From Spirochaetia bacterium (lineage in GTDB: Bacteria; Spirochaetota; Spirochaetia; JABMQR01): a stretch of DNA of 64,000 nucleotides. The DNA lies in assembly GCA_021736525.1 (NCBI GenBank), contig JAIPFR010000001.1, positions 891 to 64,890 of the forward strand, in the 5' to 3' direction. A model generated the notes under the pieces. That model was not told the origin of the DNA. It was given only the letters and a program-made list of their open reading frames with translations, and did no database searches. Below are positions 46,753 to 55,802 of this stretch, one piece after another; position 1 is the stretch's first letter, and every line of letters starts with the position of its first letter. A program made the translations under genes and the position numbers.

Positions 46753-47874
46753 ATGAATAATGTTATAGATTCATCCATCTTGAAGCAGCGGGTACATCCC
46801 AAAAAGGAAGATGCCAGGGGTGCCTATTTTCGGGATACAACGGCAATAATTCACTCGTATCCATTCAGGCGGCTGAAGCACAAAACCCAGGTGTTTTTTG
46901 CCCCGAGCAACGATCACATATGCACCAGAATTGAACATGTTATGCATGTAGCATCAATTGCAGCTTCAATAAGCAAGGGTTTGGGACTCGATGATGAACT
47001 AGCCTGGGCAATAGGAATGGGTCATGACCTTGGGCATACTCCGTTTGGTCATGTGGGGGAAACTATCCTGAACACACTCAACAGACAGAATGGCGGATTC
47101 ATTCACGAAGTATACTCCTTGAGAGTTGTAGATTATCTGGCAGAATACGGAAAAGGGTTAAACTTGACCTATGCCGTTCGCGACGGTATTATCAGCCATT
47201 GCGGAGAAAAATTTGAACAGTATATTCTTCCAGATCAGCGACCTAAAAATCTGGAAGCTGTCTCTGGACGTGATTCAACCCCGTCGACCTGGGAAGGCGC
47301 TGTTGTCCGGATTGCTGATAAGATAGCATATCTTGGGCGGGATTATGAAGATGCCGTAAAATTACGGGTTATAACGAACGATTCCCTTCCGGAGTCAATT
47401 AAGAGAGTTCTTGGATCTACCAATGGGGAGATAATTAACAATCTGGTGCATGATGTGATTGTCAGTTCAGGTGAATCCCGTGGAATCGGTTTTTCTGATG
47501 ATATATTCGAAGGCGTCTGCAAAATGAAAGAGCATAACTACGAAAGAATTTATAAATCACCGCTGCTTTCAGAATACCATACCTATTTCGAGCGAATCAT
47601 GCGTATTATATATGAGTATCTTGAAATGATCTTCTCCCGTAACGGCTTCAACATCATTGCCTACAAAAAGGAAAAAAACCTGCTTGCTGTACGTTTTGGT
47701 GATTATGTGATTAAAATGAGAGATTTTTACGAAAGAATAGACGGCAATTTCAGGCAGATTGTAAGTGATTATGTTGCAGGAATGAGCGATAACTATGCAC
47801 TGGACAGTATAAACGAGATTCTGCAGCCGCGATATATGGAAAATCAGTTTAACCGTTTCGAGATGGAGCGCTGA
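46753..47874 (+). CDS. dgt: Deoxyguanosinetriphosphate triphosphohydrolase-like HD protein
   Basis: FRRLKHKTQVF, TRIEH, GHDLGHTPFGH.GE, ADKIAY..D.ED, DYVAGMSD.YA. Confidence 0.9.
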   Translation: MNNVIDSSILKQRVHPKKEDARGAYFRDTTAIIHSYPFRRLKHKTQVFFAPSNDHICTRIEHVMHVASIAASISKGLGLDDELAWAIGMGHDLGHTPFGHVGETILNTLNRQNGGFIHEVYSLRVVDYLAEYGKGLNLTYAVRDGIISHCGEKFEQYILPDQRPKNLEAVSGRDSTPSTWEGAVVRIADKIAYLGRDYEDAVKLRVITNDSLPESIKRVLGSTNGEIINNLVHDVIVSSGESRGIGFSDDIFEGVCKMKEHNYERIYKSPLLSEYHTYFERIMRIIYEYLEMIFSRNGFNIIAYKKEKNLLAVRFGDYVIKMRDFYERIDGNFRQIVSDYVAGMSDNYALDSINEILQPRYMENQFNRFEMER

Positions 47875-47949
47875 TAATTTTCCTATTCACGTCGTGCAGG
47901 TACTTTCTGCCGTGTTGGCCGGCCCCTCCGCCGGGATAGACCAGCAAGG

Positions 47950-48414
47950 CTATTTTCTGGGAAGTGAAAGTTTTCCGATCTCTTGAATGAACTGGCTGAC
48001 ATTGTCGAACATCCGGTAGACTGAAGCAAACCGCACATAGGCCACCGGATCCACCACGTACAATTTCTTAAGAACCAGTTCCCCGATCGCCTGTGATGAA
48101 ATTTCCCGTTTGCTCCCGGCTTGAATCATGGATTCATCTTCAACCTCATGAATGAGGTTCTCAACGGCATTCTGACTTATGTCACGTTTTTCGAGGGATG
48201 TCTGGATACCCCTTTCCAGCTTCTGCACATCAAAGGGTTCGCGTCTTCCGTCTCTTTTAATTACCATCAATGGTTTTTCTTCAATCCGTTCATAGGAAGT
48301 GTAGCGGTAATGACAGCTGAGACATTCACGTCTTCTTCTAATGGTTGTTCCGCTGGAATTCTGTCGTGACTCAAGAACTTTATCATCCATATTTCCGCAA
48401 TGGGGACAATGCAT
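47950..48414 (-). CDS. nrdR: Transcriptional repressor NrdR
   Basis: MHCPHC, VLESR, RRRREC..C..R.T.YE, ATP cone, VAYVRFASVY; start corrected to 48414 (SD GGAG). Confidence 0.97.
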   Translation of the reverse strand: MHCPHCGNMDDKVLESRQNSSGTTIRRRRECLSCHYRYTSYERIEEKPLMVIKRDGRREPFDVQKLERGIQTSLEKRDISQNAVENLIHEVEDESMIQAGSKREISSQAIGELVLKKLYVVDPVAYVRFASVYRMFDNVSQFIQEIGKLSLPRK

Positions 48415-48626
48415 ACATGCAACTCCAATTACAGGCAGAGTGTTTCTCATCTGCGTTCTGCTAAGCTTTTTGCTTCCGGTATCAGCAAGGCTGTATAATA
48501 ATCTTTCATATAATAGCATATTTTTTCCGACGGGTAAAAAACAATATATATGCATTTTTTAGAGTTGCAATTTTCCTTGAAATGAAACTATAATAACAAA
48601 AAGTTTTTATAATAACAGGATTGTGT

Positions 48627-49274
48627 ATGGAATCTATCAGCAGCATTGTAAAGAAGCTTATTGACGTTAAACCCTTTATCCATGAGTCTATTATCCGCGG
48701 AATAGTAAGTTATGCCAATCTTGCTGATATTCTTATTCCCGACATAACCAAACTTTATGGAGCTGAAGTTAAGCAGTCTGCTGTGGTAATGGCCCTCAGG
48801 CGACATGCTGATGAGCTCAGGAAAAATGAAAGCAGCATTGCTGAAAAAAGCATCGAGTATGAACTGACAATAAAAACAAATATTCTCGATGTGAATATTG
48901 AAAAGCGGGAGTCAGCTTTCAGCAAGCTGATGCGTCTTCATCAGATTGTATCGATGGAAAAAGGTGATTTTCTTAATATAACCATTGGCTCAAATGAAAT
49001 CGGGATAGCAGTAAGTCAGAAATATCAGGCAGAACTGGACTTGATTCTTGCAGGAGAGATAGTGCTGCACCAGAAAACAGACCTGGTTGCGGTATCAGTT
49101 CTGTTTACCGGTGATTTTCTTGATACACCGGGGGTAATTTATGAAGCGGTGAGAAAACTCGCATGGGAGCACATAAACGTTCTTGAGATTGTGACAACCA
49201 TGAACGAATTGACCTTTGTAATTAATCGTGAAGATTCTTCACAGGCTTATGAGGCTCTCCAGAGATTTCTATAA
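48627..49274 (+). CDS. ACT-domain protein without a kinase domain (often labelled aspartate kinase-like)
   Basis: N-terminal GIVSYANLA..AVVMALRR; C-terminal ACT-like TPGVIY..LAWEHINVLEIVTTMNELTFVI. Confidence 0.7.
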   Translation: MESISSIVKKLIDVKPFIHESIIRGIVSYANLADILIPDITKLYGAEVKQSAVVMALRRHADELRKNESSIAEKSIEYELTIKTNILDVNIEKRESAFSKLMRLHQIVSMEKGDFLNITIGSNEIGIAVSQKYQAELDLILAGEIVLHQKTDLVAVSVLFTGDFLDTPGVIYEAVRKLAWEHINVLEIVTTMNELTFVINREDSSQAYEALQRFL

Positions 49275-49319
49275 TTCGAAAACTGCGCGATTTTTATATA
49301 ACGAATATCTGCTCATTGA

Positions 49320-49505
49320 TCAGGAAAGAGGTGATATGGTAACTTTTATGGAAGCTGCTTCCAGACCGTCCTCGGTTTTTTTTAATGTCTTAAGCAGGGC
49401 TAAAGTTATTTCAGAGAAAACATCCTGGACATATGGATTCAAAGGGATTTTTTTTTCATCCACCTCAACGATAACTGTTCGTTTTTGTTCTCTTTTTGAC
49501 GACAT
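49320..49505 (-). CDS. 61-aa hypothetical protein resembling the C-terminal domain of long MobB proteins
   Basis: SD GGAGG at 49511-49515; V.VDEKKIPLNPYVQ..F......L.TLK motif. Confidence 0.55.
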   Translation of the reverse strand: MSSKREQKRTVIVEVDEKKIPLNPYVQDVFSEITLALLKTLKKTEDGLEAASIKVTISPLS

Positions 49506-49620
49506 GATAACCTCCGGATGCATTTTTGTTAAAAAAACCGTTTCAGAATCAGCTTGAACCGAAACTTTCTCTATGGATTTCAGCGTATACAGCATAAAAC
49601 ATTTTCAGCAGGATTGCAGT

Positions 49621-50175
49621 ATGAATTGTAAAAATATTTACATTATCAGCGGAGACAGAGGCAGTGGAAAAACAACTCTTACAGAGAAATTCATTTCCAT
49701 TCTCCAACATAACGGCATAAAAGTCGGCGGTATTATCACACGATCGGCACCAACTGAAAGGTATGTGATGAAGGATTCTTATGATGCCGTCGATATACTG
49801 ACCGGTGAGCAGCATCCGCTTCTTACTGCTGCAGCAGGAGCTGAGCGAATTAAGTCGTTTGGACGCTTTATTCTGCATGAGGATACTTTTTCCTGGGCTG
49901 CTTCACGGATAGAAGAAGCTATTGACACCTGCGGAGCGATCATCATAGATGAACTTGGTCCCCTGGAAATTAAAAGGGAAGGGTATTACCATATTGCAAA
50001 AAAGGTAGTCAGCAGGTATAAAGGTCTCATTCTGTTCGTAGTCCGCTCCGGTCTGGTGGATCAAATCACAAAGATTTCTGAATGTGATCCGCAGAAAATC
50101 GTTCAGTTAAATGCAGGAACTGATGAAGCGGATATTTTACAAAGATTTGCATACGAGGTTTTCGAAAATGAATGA
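49621..50175 (+). CDS. THEP1/NTPase_1 (DUF2478-like) P-loop NTPase
   Basis: IISGDRGSGKTT, VGGIIT, IIIDELGPLE, VVR. Confidence 0.8.
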   Translation: MNCKNIYIISGDRGSGKTTLTEKFISILQHNGIKVGGIITRSAPTERYVMKDSYDAVDILTGEQHPLLTAAAGAERIKSFGRFILHEDTFSWAASRIEEAIDTCGAIIIDELGPLEIKREGYYHIAKKVVSRYKGLILFVVRSGLVDQITKISECDPQKIVQLNAGTDEADILQRFAYEVFENE

Positions 50176-50851
50176 GCTTCTCTGGGTGGTAATGCTCCTG
50201 ATAAATTTTGCTGCAATTATGATCAGCTATCGCTTTTGGGGGAAAATCGGTCTTTTTCTCTGGATACCGATATCAGTTATCATTGCCAACATACAGGTAA
50301 CAAAAACCATAGAATTATTCGGAATCGAGGCAACACTTGGGAACATCGTGTATGCAACAAGCTTTCTGGCAACAGATATTCTCAATGAGAACTATTCCAG
50401 ACGTGATGCTGCACGTGCTGTCGGCATGGGTTTTTTTGCATTGCTGTTTATGACAGCAGCTATGAATCTTGCCGTCTGGTTCATTCCTGCTGAATCCGAC
50501 TTTGTTCATGACAGCATGAAAAACTTATTCAGTTTGATGCCGAGAATAGCCGTCGGAAGCCTTGCCGCTTACGGTATTTCCCAGATGCACGATATCTGGG
50601 CTTACAGCTTCTGGAAAAAACGAAAACCGGAAAAAAAGTTCATTTGGATAAGGAATAATGCCAGCACGATGATCAGCCAGCTTATTGACACGATCATATT
50701 TACTTCAATTGCCTTCATCGGGGTATTCCCGCTCAATGTCCTGGTACAGATTGCCGCGTCAACCTATCTGCTCAAATGGCTGGTAGCTGCGGCCGATACC
50801 CCCTTTATCTATCTGGCTAAACGGATGAAGGATAAGGGGATTGTTCCGTAG
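50168..50851 (+). CDS. Queuosine precursor transporter (YhhQ/Vut_1 family)
   Basis: ANIQV.K, TLGN..Y..SFLATDILNE.Y, PRIA.GSL.AY..SQ.HD, W.RNN.ST..SQ.IDT, DTPF.Y. Confidence 0.92.
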   Translation: MNELLWVVMLLINFAAIMISYRFWGKIGLFLWIPISVIIANIQVTKTIELFGIEATLGNIVYATSFLATDILNENYSRRDAARAVGMGFFALLFMTAAMNLAVWFIPAESDFVHDSMKNLFSLMPRIAVGSLAAYGISQMHDIWAYSFWKKRKPEKKFIWIRNNASTMISQLIDTIIFTSIAFIGVFPLNVLVQIAASTYLLKWLVAAADTPFIYLAKRMKDKGIVP

Positions 50852-51674
50852 CTGGTACTGTTGCGGGCGAAAACGTTTCTCTCACAGCCTTGCAATTGGC
50901 TGAACTGCCAGCTATGAGAATATCCGCAGTTTCCGTACCGTTCAGCAGAGCGGTACTGCAGGAAAAAGGGACTCCCTCAAAATCAGACAACTCCATTCCG
51001 GCAAAAGACAAAATACTGTGGGCGGCTGCAATATCCCAGATGAATCCGCCGGTACAAATTGAGGCGTCAATGTCTTCGTGGATAACCGGGGAGAGCAAAT
51101 GCAGTATGCTGCTTCCAAAATTCCGGCACTTCCCGGAAAACCTTCTAAGATCCAAAGCTTTGTGGATTTTTGAGCTTATAACTATCTGACGCAGAGGAGA
51201 TTTTGAAAAATCTTTGCGGGGTTCAAACTGAATTCCGTTAACTGTCATAATTTGAGGATGCCCGGGATCAAGTCTGACAAATAATCCGGTACGTACATCA
51301 GGTCCCCAGCGTGGTGCATAGACCATTGCTCCAACCGGGTTACCGGTCTTATCGAGAATTCCCAGGGCAACGCACCAGGCCGGCATTCCCTGACTGTAGA
51401 CATCGGTACCGTCAACAGGATCGAGAATAAAATACAATTCCGGGGTTGAAGCGGAGTCGCATTCCGGCATCCTCAACCCTGACTCCTCCGACAAAACAGC
51501 AGCTTCAGGAAACAGGCGACTGATTTCCCTCACAAGCAAACGATCAATATATAAGTCGGTTTCAGTGAGCACCGACCCGTCCTTCTTGTAGTTCCGGCAG
51601 ATTCCTGACTGCCTGTCAGCAGCATAATCTCCGCATTTTCGGATCATGCGGCTCAATTCTTCATATCGAATCAT
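50817..51674 (-). CDS. Inositol monophosphatase family protein
   Basis: K.DGS.LTETD, SEE, LDPVDGT, WDIAA. Confidence 0.88.
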   Translation of the reverse strand: MIRYEELSRMIRKCGDYAADRQSGICRNYKKDGSVLTETDLYIDRLLVREISRLFPEAAVLSEESGLRMPECDSASTPELYFILDPVDGTDVYSQGMPAWCVALGILDKTGNPVGAMVYAPRWGPDVRTGLFVRLDPGHPQIMTVNGIQFEPRKDFSKSPLRQIVISSKIHKALDLRRFSGKCRNFGSSILHLLSPVIHEDIDASICTGGFIWDIAAAHSILSFAGMELSDFEGVPFSCSTALLNGTETADILIAGSSANCKAVRETFSPATVPATEQSPYPSSV

Positions 51675-51714
51675 ATTGATTACTGACTTCCTCTATGATA
51701 GGTTTACGGTGAAT

Positions 51715-54700
51715 ATGATAACAGCATTGGAAAATAAATTATATAGATACATACGACACAGTGATTTTTATAAAGCCTTTCTCGCACGGGGTATGAAAAC
51801 CGTCCACGCAGAAGGCATTGAGGGATTTCTGTTTGCTTTTTTTGTTAAAATGGCTTCAGCCTCAGTAAAAAAAAAGACCTGGGTGATACTTCCTACAGAA
51901 GAGGATGTTCTGAACCTTCTCAAAAACCTTGATGTGCTTGACTGCAGAACTGTACGTATAGAATCTACTGGTCTCAGTCTTTATGCCGAAGAATCCTTCA
52001 GCGAAGCTTTTTTCAAGCGTATTCAGACCTTTGCCCAAATAGCAGCGGGAAAAGAGGGAGTCAGAGTTGCTTCTCTTCGGGCTTTTTCGACCGCCGTCCC
52101 ATCCCCTGAAATGCTGAAAGAAGCCAGGAAAACTCTGGTCGTGGGACAAAATATCGATACGACACTACTATCGGAAACATTAGCTGACAGCGGATTTCTA
52201 CGGGTCCCCGGTACAACGATGCCGGGAGAATTTTCAATTCGCGGAGAAGTAGTCGATATTTTCCCCTATGAAGCAGAGTTTCCTTTCAGATTATATATAG
52301 CATGGGAAATAATAGAAAAAATCAGCAATTATGATCCTCTTGGACAGGAAACCTTCAACACCATACCGGAATTCACCTTTTCTCTTGCTAAGTCCGGTGA
52401 GAAAAAAATGGGCTTTATTGATTCCTATATAGACTCAGAAGATGTAATTATCCTGTTCGGAGAACAGAGACTGGCTGCAACCTATGAGTCCTTCAGAATG
52501 GAAGCGCAGAAGCTTTTCCGTGAAGCTTACAATGCAGACAAAAACTGCAAGAGACCCGACGAAATGCTTTTCCCTTATGATTATTATGAGAGTAATCATA
52601 AAAACTGCATCATAATAGATGATATCAGGGGTCAGCATAGCGATGCAGTTACATTGAGTACAGTCGGGCCACGTTCCTATTTCGGCAACTTGACCTATTT
52701 TCAGAACGAAATCGCCGCCCTCAAGGAAGAGAACTATCGGATTATACTATTTGCCGGTACCGTCAGTCAGAAACAGCGGCTGGAAATGATACTCAGGGAT
52801 GATGAAATCGAAATCATCCCCCGTGAAATATCTGAAGGATTTTCCATACCTGAAGAACGCCTGATCGCAGTTTGTGACCATGAGATTTTCGGAAGGCGCA
52901 GAAAGTCACTTAAAGCGCTGCATCATACAAAAACATCTCCGCTCGACACCTTCGTCGATCTTGAGCCTGGCGATTTTGTGGTTCATATCAATTATGGAAT
53001 TGGTATTTTCCGGAAAATCGATCGGATAAAAGCTTTGGGAAAAGAGCGGGACTACATTCAAATAGAATATGCAGAGCATGAAAATGTATTTATTCCCATT
53101 GAACAGGCAAATCTTGTCCAGCGATTTATCGGGAAAGACGGGACTGCTCCTAAACTAGATAAAATCGGCGGCACCTCCTGGGAAACGAAAAAGCGACGGG
53201 CACGGAAAAATGCTGAAGATCTGGCAGATAGACTGATAAAGCTGTATGCCCGGAGAAAGCAGGCTTTTGGAACAGCTGTACCCAAAGACAGCGACTGGCA
53301 GCTGCAGTTCGAGGCGATGTTCCCCTTTGAAGAGACAGAAGATCAGATAACCTGTATGCAGGACATAAAAGAAGATATGGAAAAGCCGATTGTCATGGAT
53401 CGTCTCATCTGCGGTGACGTGGGCTATGGGAAAACGGAATTGGCAATTCGGGCGGCATTTAAAGCTGTTATGTCCGGTAAACAAGTAGCATTTCTTGCTC
53501 CAACCACCATCCTTGCCGAACAGCATTATGATACGGTTGTACAGAGGGTGGAACCATTCCCTCTTCGCATTAAAATGCTTTCCAGATTGGTCAGCCCGAA
53601 AGAACAGCGGAAATCACTGAAAATGCTGGCTCAGGGGGAGATAGATATACTGATAGGTACTCACCGGATAATCCAGAAAGATGTCATATATAAGGATCTC
53701 GGGCTGCTTATTGTAGATGAGGAACAGCGTTTCGGGGTTAAAGATAAAGAAAAAATAAAGGAATTAAAGGCTTCAGTTGATAGTTTAGCCCTCTCAGCTA
53801 CCCCCATCCCCCGAACACTGTATATGTCCCTGCTGAAAATAAGAGACATGTCCCTGCTTACCACACCCCCGATTCAAAGGCGTGCTATTCAGACAATAAT
53901 CCGTGAATATGATGAGCCTCTTGTTCGAACTGCAATCCTTCAGGAAGCGGAAAGAGGAGGACAGGTTTTTTATCTGCATAATCGGATTGAAACCCTGGAT
54001 AAAGTAGTTTCATCGTTAAAAAACCTCGTCCCGGAAGTCAGTATAGATTTTGCTCACGGACAGATGGATCCTGAGCAGCTTGAAGATAAAATGCGGCTTT
54101 TTGTACACAATGGTTTCCAGGTATTAGTGGCTACAACCATTATCGAAAATGGAATCGATATACCCAACGTAAATACCATTATTATCGATCGAGCAGATCG
54201 CTACGGAGTCAGTCAGCTGTATCAGCTGCGCGGAAGGGTAGGACGCTCAGATCGGGATGCATACGCATACCTCCTCTATCCCAACAGAAAGGCTCTTTCT
54301 GAAATTGCCATGAAAAGACTCAAAATTTTATCTGAACACACGGAATTGGGTTCCGGCTTCAAAATTGCCATGAAGGATATGGAAATGCGCGGAACCGGAA
54401 ATCTGCTGGGCCGTGAACAGAGCGGACAAATGCAGGCTGTCGGGCTGGATATGTATTTGCGAATACTTGATGAAGAAATCAGCAAATTGTCAAAAACTGA
54501 TGAGCTTTCACGAAAAGATGTTTTTCTGGATCTGGACTATTCCGGTTATATCCCCGATTTTTATATTGAAGATGCAAGTACGAAATTTGAGATTTACCGG
54601 AAAATTGCCGGTATAACAAAAGACATACAAATACAGCAGCTTACCTCAGAGCTTGAGGACAGGTTTGGTCCAGTTCCATCTGATGTGCAGAGTCTGCTCT

Positions 54701-54954
54701 ATATTGCCGAGCTGAAAGTATTGTGCCGTAAGCTTGATATTTACCATTTGCAGGAATTACGGGGAACCGTACGGGTTGAGTTTTCAAAAATAACCAGCAT
54801 TTCTGTAGATCGGTTAGTCGATATGATCAGGGAAAGCACCGGAGCGGTATCCATTGACCAGAAAAAACCCAATGTTGTTATCATGAAAACCGAAGCTGTA
54901 TCCCTGAAAGACAAAAGTCTTTTTATGCTTGAAAAGCTTCAGCGACTATTGTAA
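51715..54954 (+). CDS. mfd: Transcription-repair coupling factor
   Basis: GEFSIRG.VVDIF, GDFVVH..YGIG, FPFEETEDQ, CGDVGYGKT, DEEQRFG, SATPIPR, QLRGRVGR, TRCF C-domain; start uncertain (51709/51715). Confidence 0.97.
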   Translation: MITALENKLYRYIRHSDFYKAFLARGMKTVHAEGIEGFLFAFFVKMASASVKKKTWVILPTEEDVLNLLKNLDVLDCRTVRIESTGLSLYAEESFSEAFFKRIQTFAQIAAGKEGVRVASLRAFSTAVPSPEMLKEARKTLVVGQNIDTTLLSETLADSGFLRVPGTTMPGEFSIRGEVVDIFPYEAEFPFRLYIAWEIIEKISNYDPLGQETFNTIPEFTFSLAKSGEKKMGFIDSYIDSEDVIILFGEQRLAATYESFRMEAQKLFREAYNADKNCKRPDEMLFPYDYYESNHKNCIIIDDIRGQHSDAVTLSTVGPRSYFGNLTYFQNEIAALKEENYRIILFAGTVSQKQRLEMILRDDEIEIIPREISEGFSIPEERLIAVCDHEIFGRRRKSLKALHHTKTSPLDTFVDLEPGDFVVHINYGIGIFRKIDRIKALGKERDYIQIEYAEHENVFIPIEQANLVQRFIGKDGTAPKLDKIGGTSWETKKRRARKNAEDLADRLIKLYARRKQAFGTAVPKDSDWQLQFEAMFPFEETEDQITCMQDIKEDMEKPIVMDRLICGDVGYGKTELAIRAAFKAVMSGKQVAFLAPTTILAEQHYDTVVQRVEPFPLRIKMLSRLVSPKEQRKSLKMLAQGEIDILIGTHRIIQKDVIYKDLGLLIVDEEQRFGVKDKEKIKELKASVDSLALSATPIPRTLYMSLLKIRDMSLLTTPPIQRRAIQTIIREYDEPLVRTAILQEAERGGQVFYLHNRIETLDKVVSSLKNLVPEVSIDFAHGQMDPEQLEDKMRLFVHNGFQVLVATTIIENGIDIPNVNTIIIDRADRYGVSQLYQLRGRVGRSDRDAYAYLLYPNRKALSEIAMKRLKILSEHTELGSGFKIAMKDMEMRGTGNLLGREQSGQMQAVGLDMYLRILDEEISKLSKTDELSRKDVFLDLDYSGYIPDFYIEDASTKFEIYRKIAGITKDIQIQQLTSELEDRFGPVPSDVQSLLYIAELKVLCRKLDIYHLQELRGTVRVEFSKITSISVDRLVDMIRESTGAVSIDQKKPNVVIMKTEAVSLKDKSLFMLEKLQRLL

Positions 54955-54996
54955 ATTGCGAATAATTAAAAAAATACGACAGGGGATGTACAATAC

Positions 54997-55719
54997 GTGA
55001 AGGACCTTGATAAGCGGGTGATTCTCGAGGAAAAGGACGGCAAGTCAATCAGAAGTTTTGTCCTGCGCGGCGGGCGCCTGACTAATTTGCAGGAACGGGC
55101 CCTGCAGAACTATTATGACGATTATGTCATAGAATTCAGCCGGAATATCTTGGACTTTGAAAAAATTTTCGAAAATAAGAATCCAGTAATAATAGAAATC
55201 GGTTTTGGAATGGGAGAATCAACAGCAGAGATTGCGGCGAAATTTCCGGATAATAACTACCTGGGCATTGAGGTTTTTCTTGCCGGTGTGGGAAGACTGC
55301 TTCATGACATTCACGATCGAGGTCTGAAGAATCTGCGGATTATCCGCTTCAATGCGGTTGATGTATTGCAGGAGATGATCTCCGGTCAGTCTGTCGCTGG
55401 ATTTCATATTTTCTTCCCTGATCCCTGGCCGAAAAAGAAGCATCATAAAAGAAGACTGCTCCAGGCGGAGTTCTTCAAGCTTTTGAGCCGGAAGCTGAAG
55501 CCGGAAGGATATATCTATTGTGTGACCGACTGGACCCCTTATGCAGAATGGATAATTGATGAAGCCCGAAAAGTTTCAGAATTAGTCAACAGTTCAGAAA
55601 ACGGGTATTGCAAACCGGTATCCTGGCGTCCTATAACAAAATTTGAATCGAAAGGAATAACAAAGAAACATTCAATTCACGAAATATGGCTCGAAATATC
55701 AGGTATTCCTCGGCCATGA
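54997..55719 (+). CDS. trmB: tRNA (guanine(46)-N7)-methyltransferase
   Basis: IRSFVLR.GR, EIGFGMG, GIEV, FPDPWPKKKHHKRR, TDW..YA, TKFE. Confidence 0.97.
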   Translation: MKDLDKRVILEEKDGKSIRSFVLRGGRLTNLQERALQNYYDDYVIEFSRNILDFEKIFENKNPVIIEIGFGMGESTAEIAAKFPDNNYLGIEVFLAGVGRLLHDIHDRGLKNLRIIRFNAVDVLQEMISGQSVAGFHIFFPDPWPKKKHHKRRLLQAEFFKLLSRKLKPEGYIYCVTDWTPYAEWIIDEARKVSELVNSSENGYCKPVSWRPITKFESKGITKKHSIHEIWLEISGIPRP

Positions 55720-55750
55720 AAAAAGCCCCGGAGTGTTCCCCCCGGGGCTT
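55719..55750 (-). terminator. Intrinsic terminator of the EF-G II gene (possibly bidirectional with trmB)
   Basis: Stem aagccccgg/ccggggctt followed by a T run on the minus strand. Confidence 0.75.
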
Positions 55751-55802
55751 GAAACTGTAAATTTGATCGAATTATCAACTCCTGCTTCCTGCAATGGCAG
55801 CT

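Noticed and set aside
46753..47874. dGTPase as an anti-phage defence gene
   Set aside because: Short housekeeping-type Dgt next to nrdR with no defence-island neighbours.
48538..48553. Possible NrdR box (aaacaatatatatgca) upstream of nrdR
   Set aside because: Single copy, lacks the conserved G of the right half-site, and lies in AT-rich sequence where such matches are expected.
50100..50170. preQ1 riboswitch before the YhhQ-family transporter
   Set aside because: The upstream sequence is coding (NTPase overlaps the start) and no preQ1-like hairpin with A-rich tail is evident.
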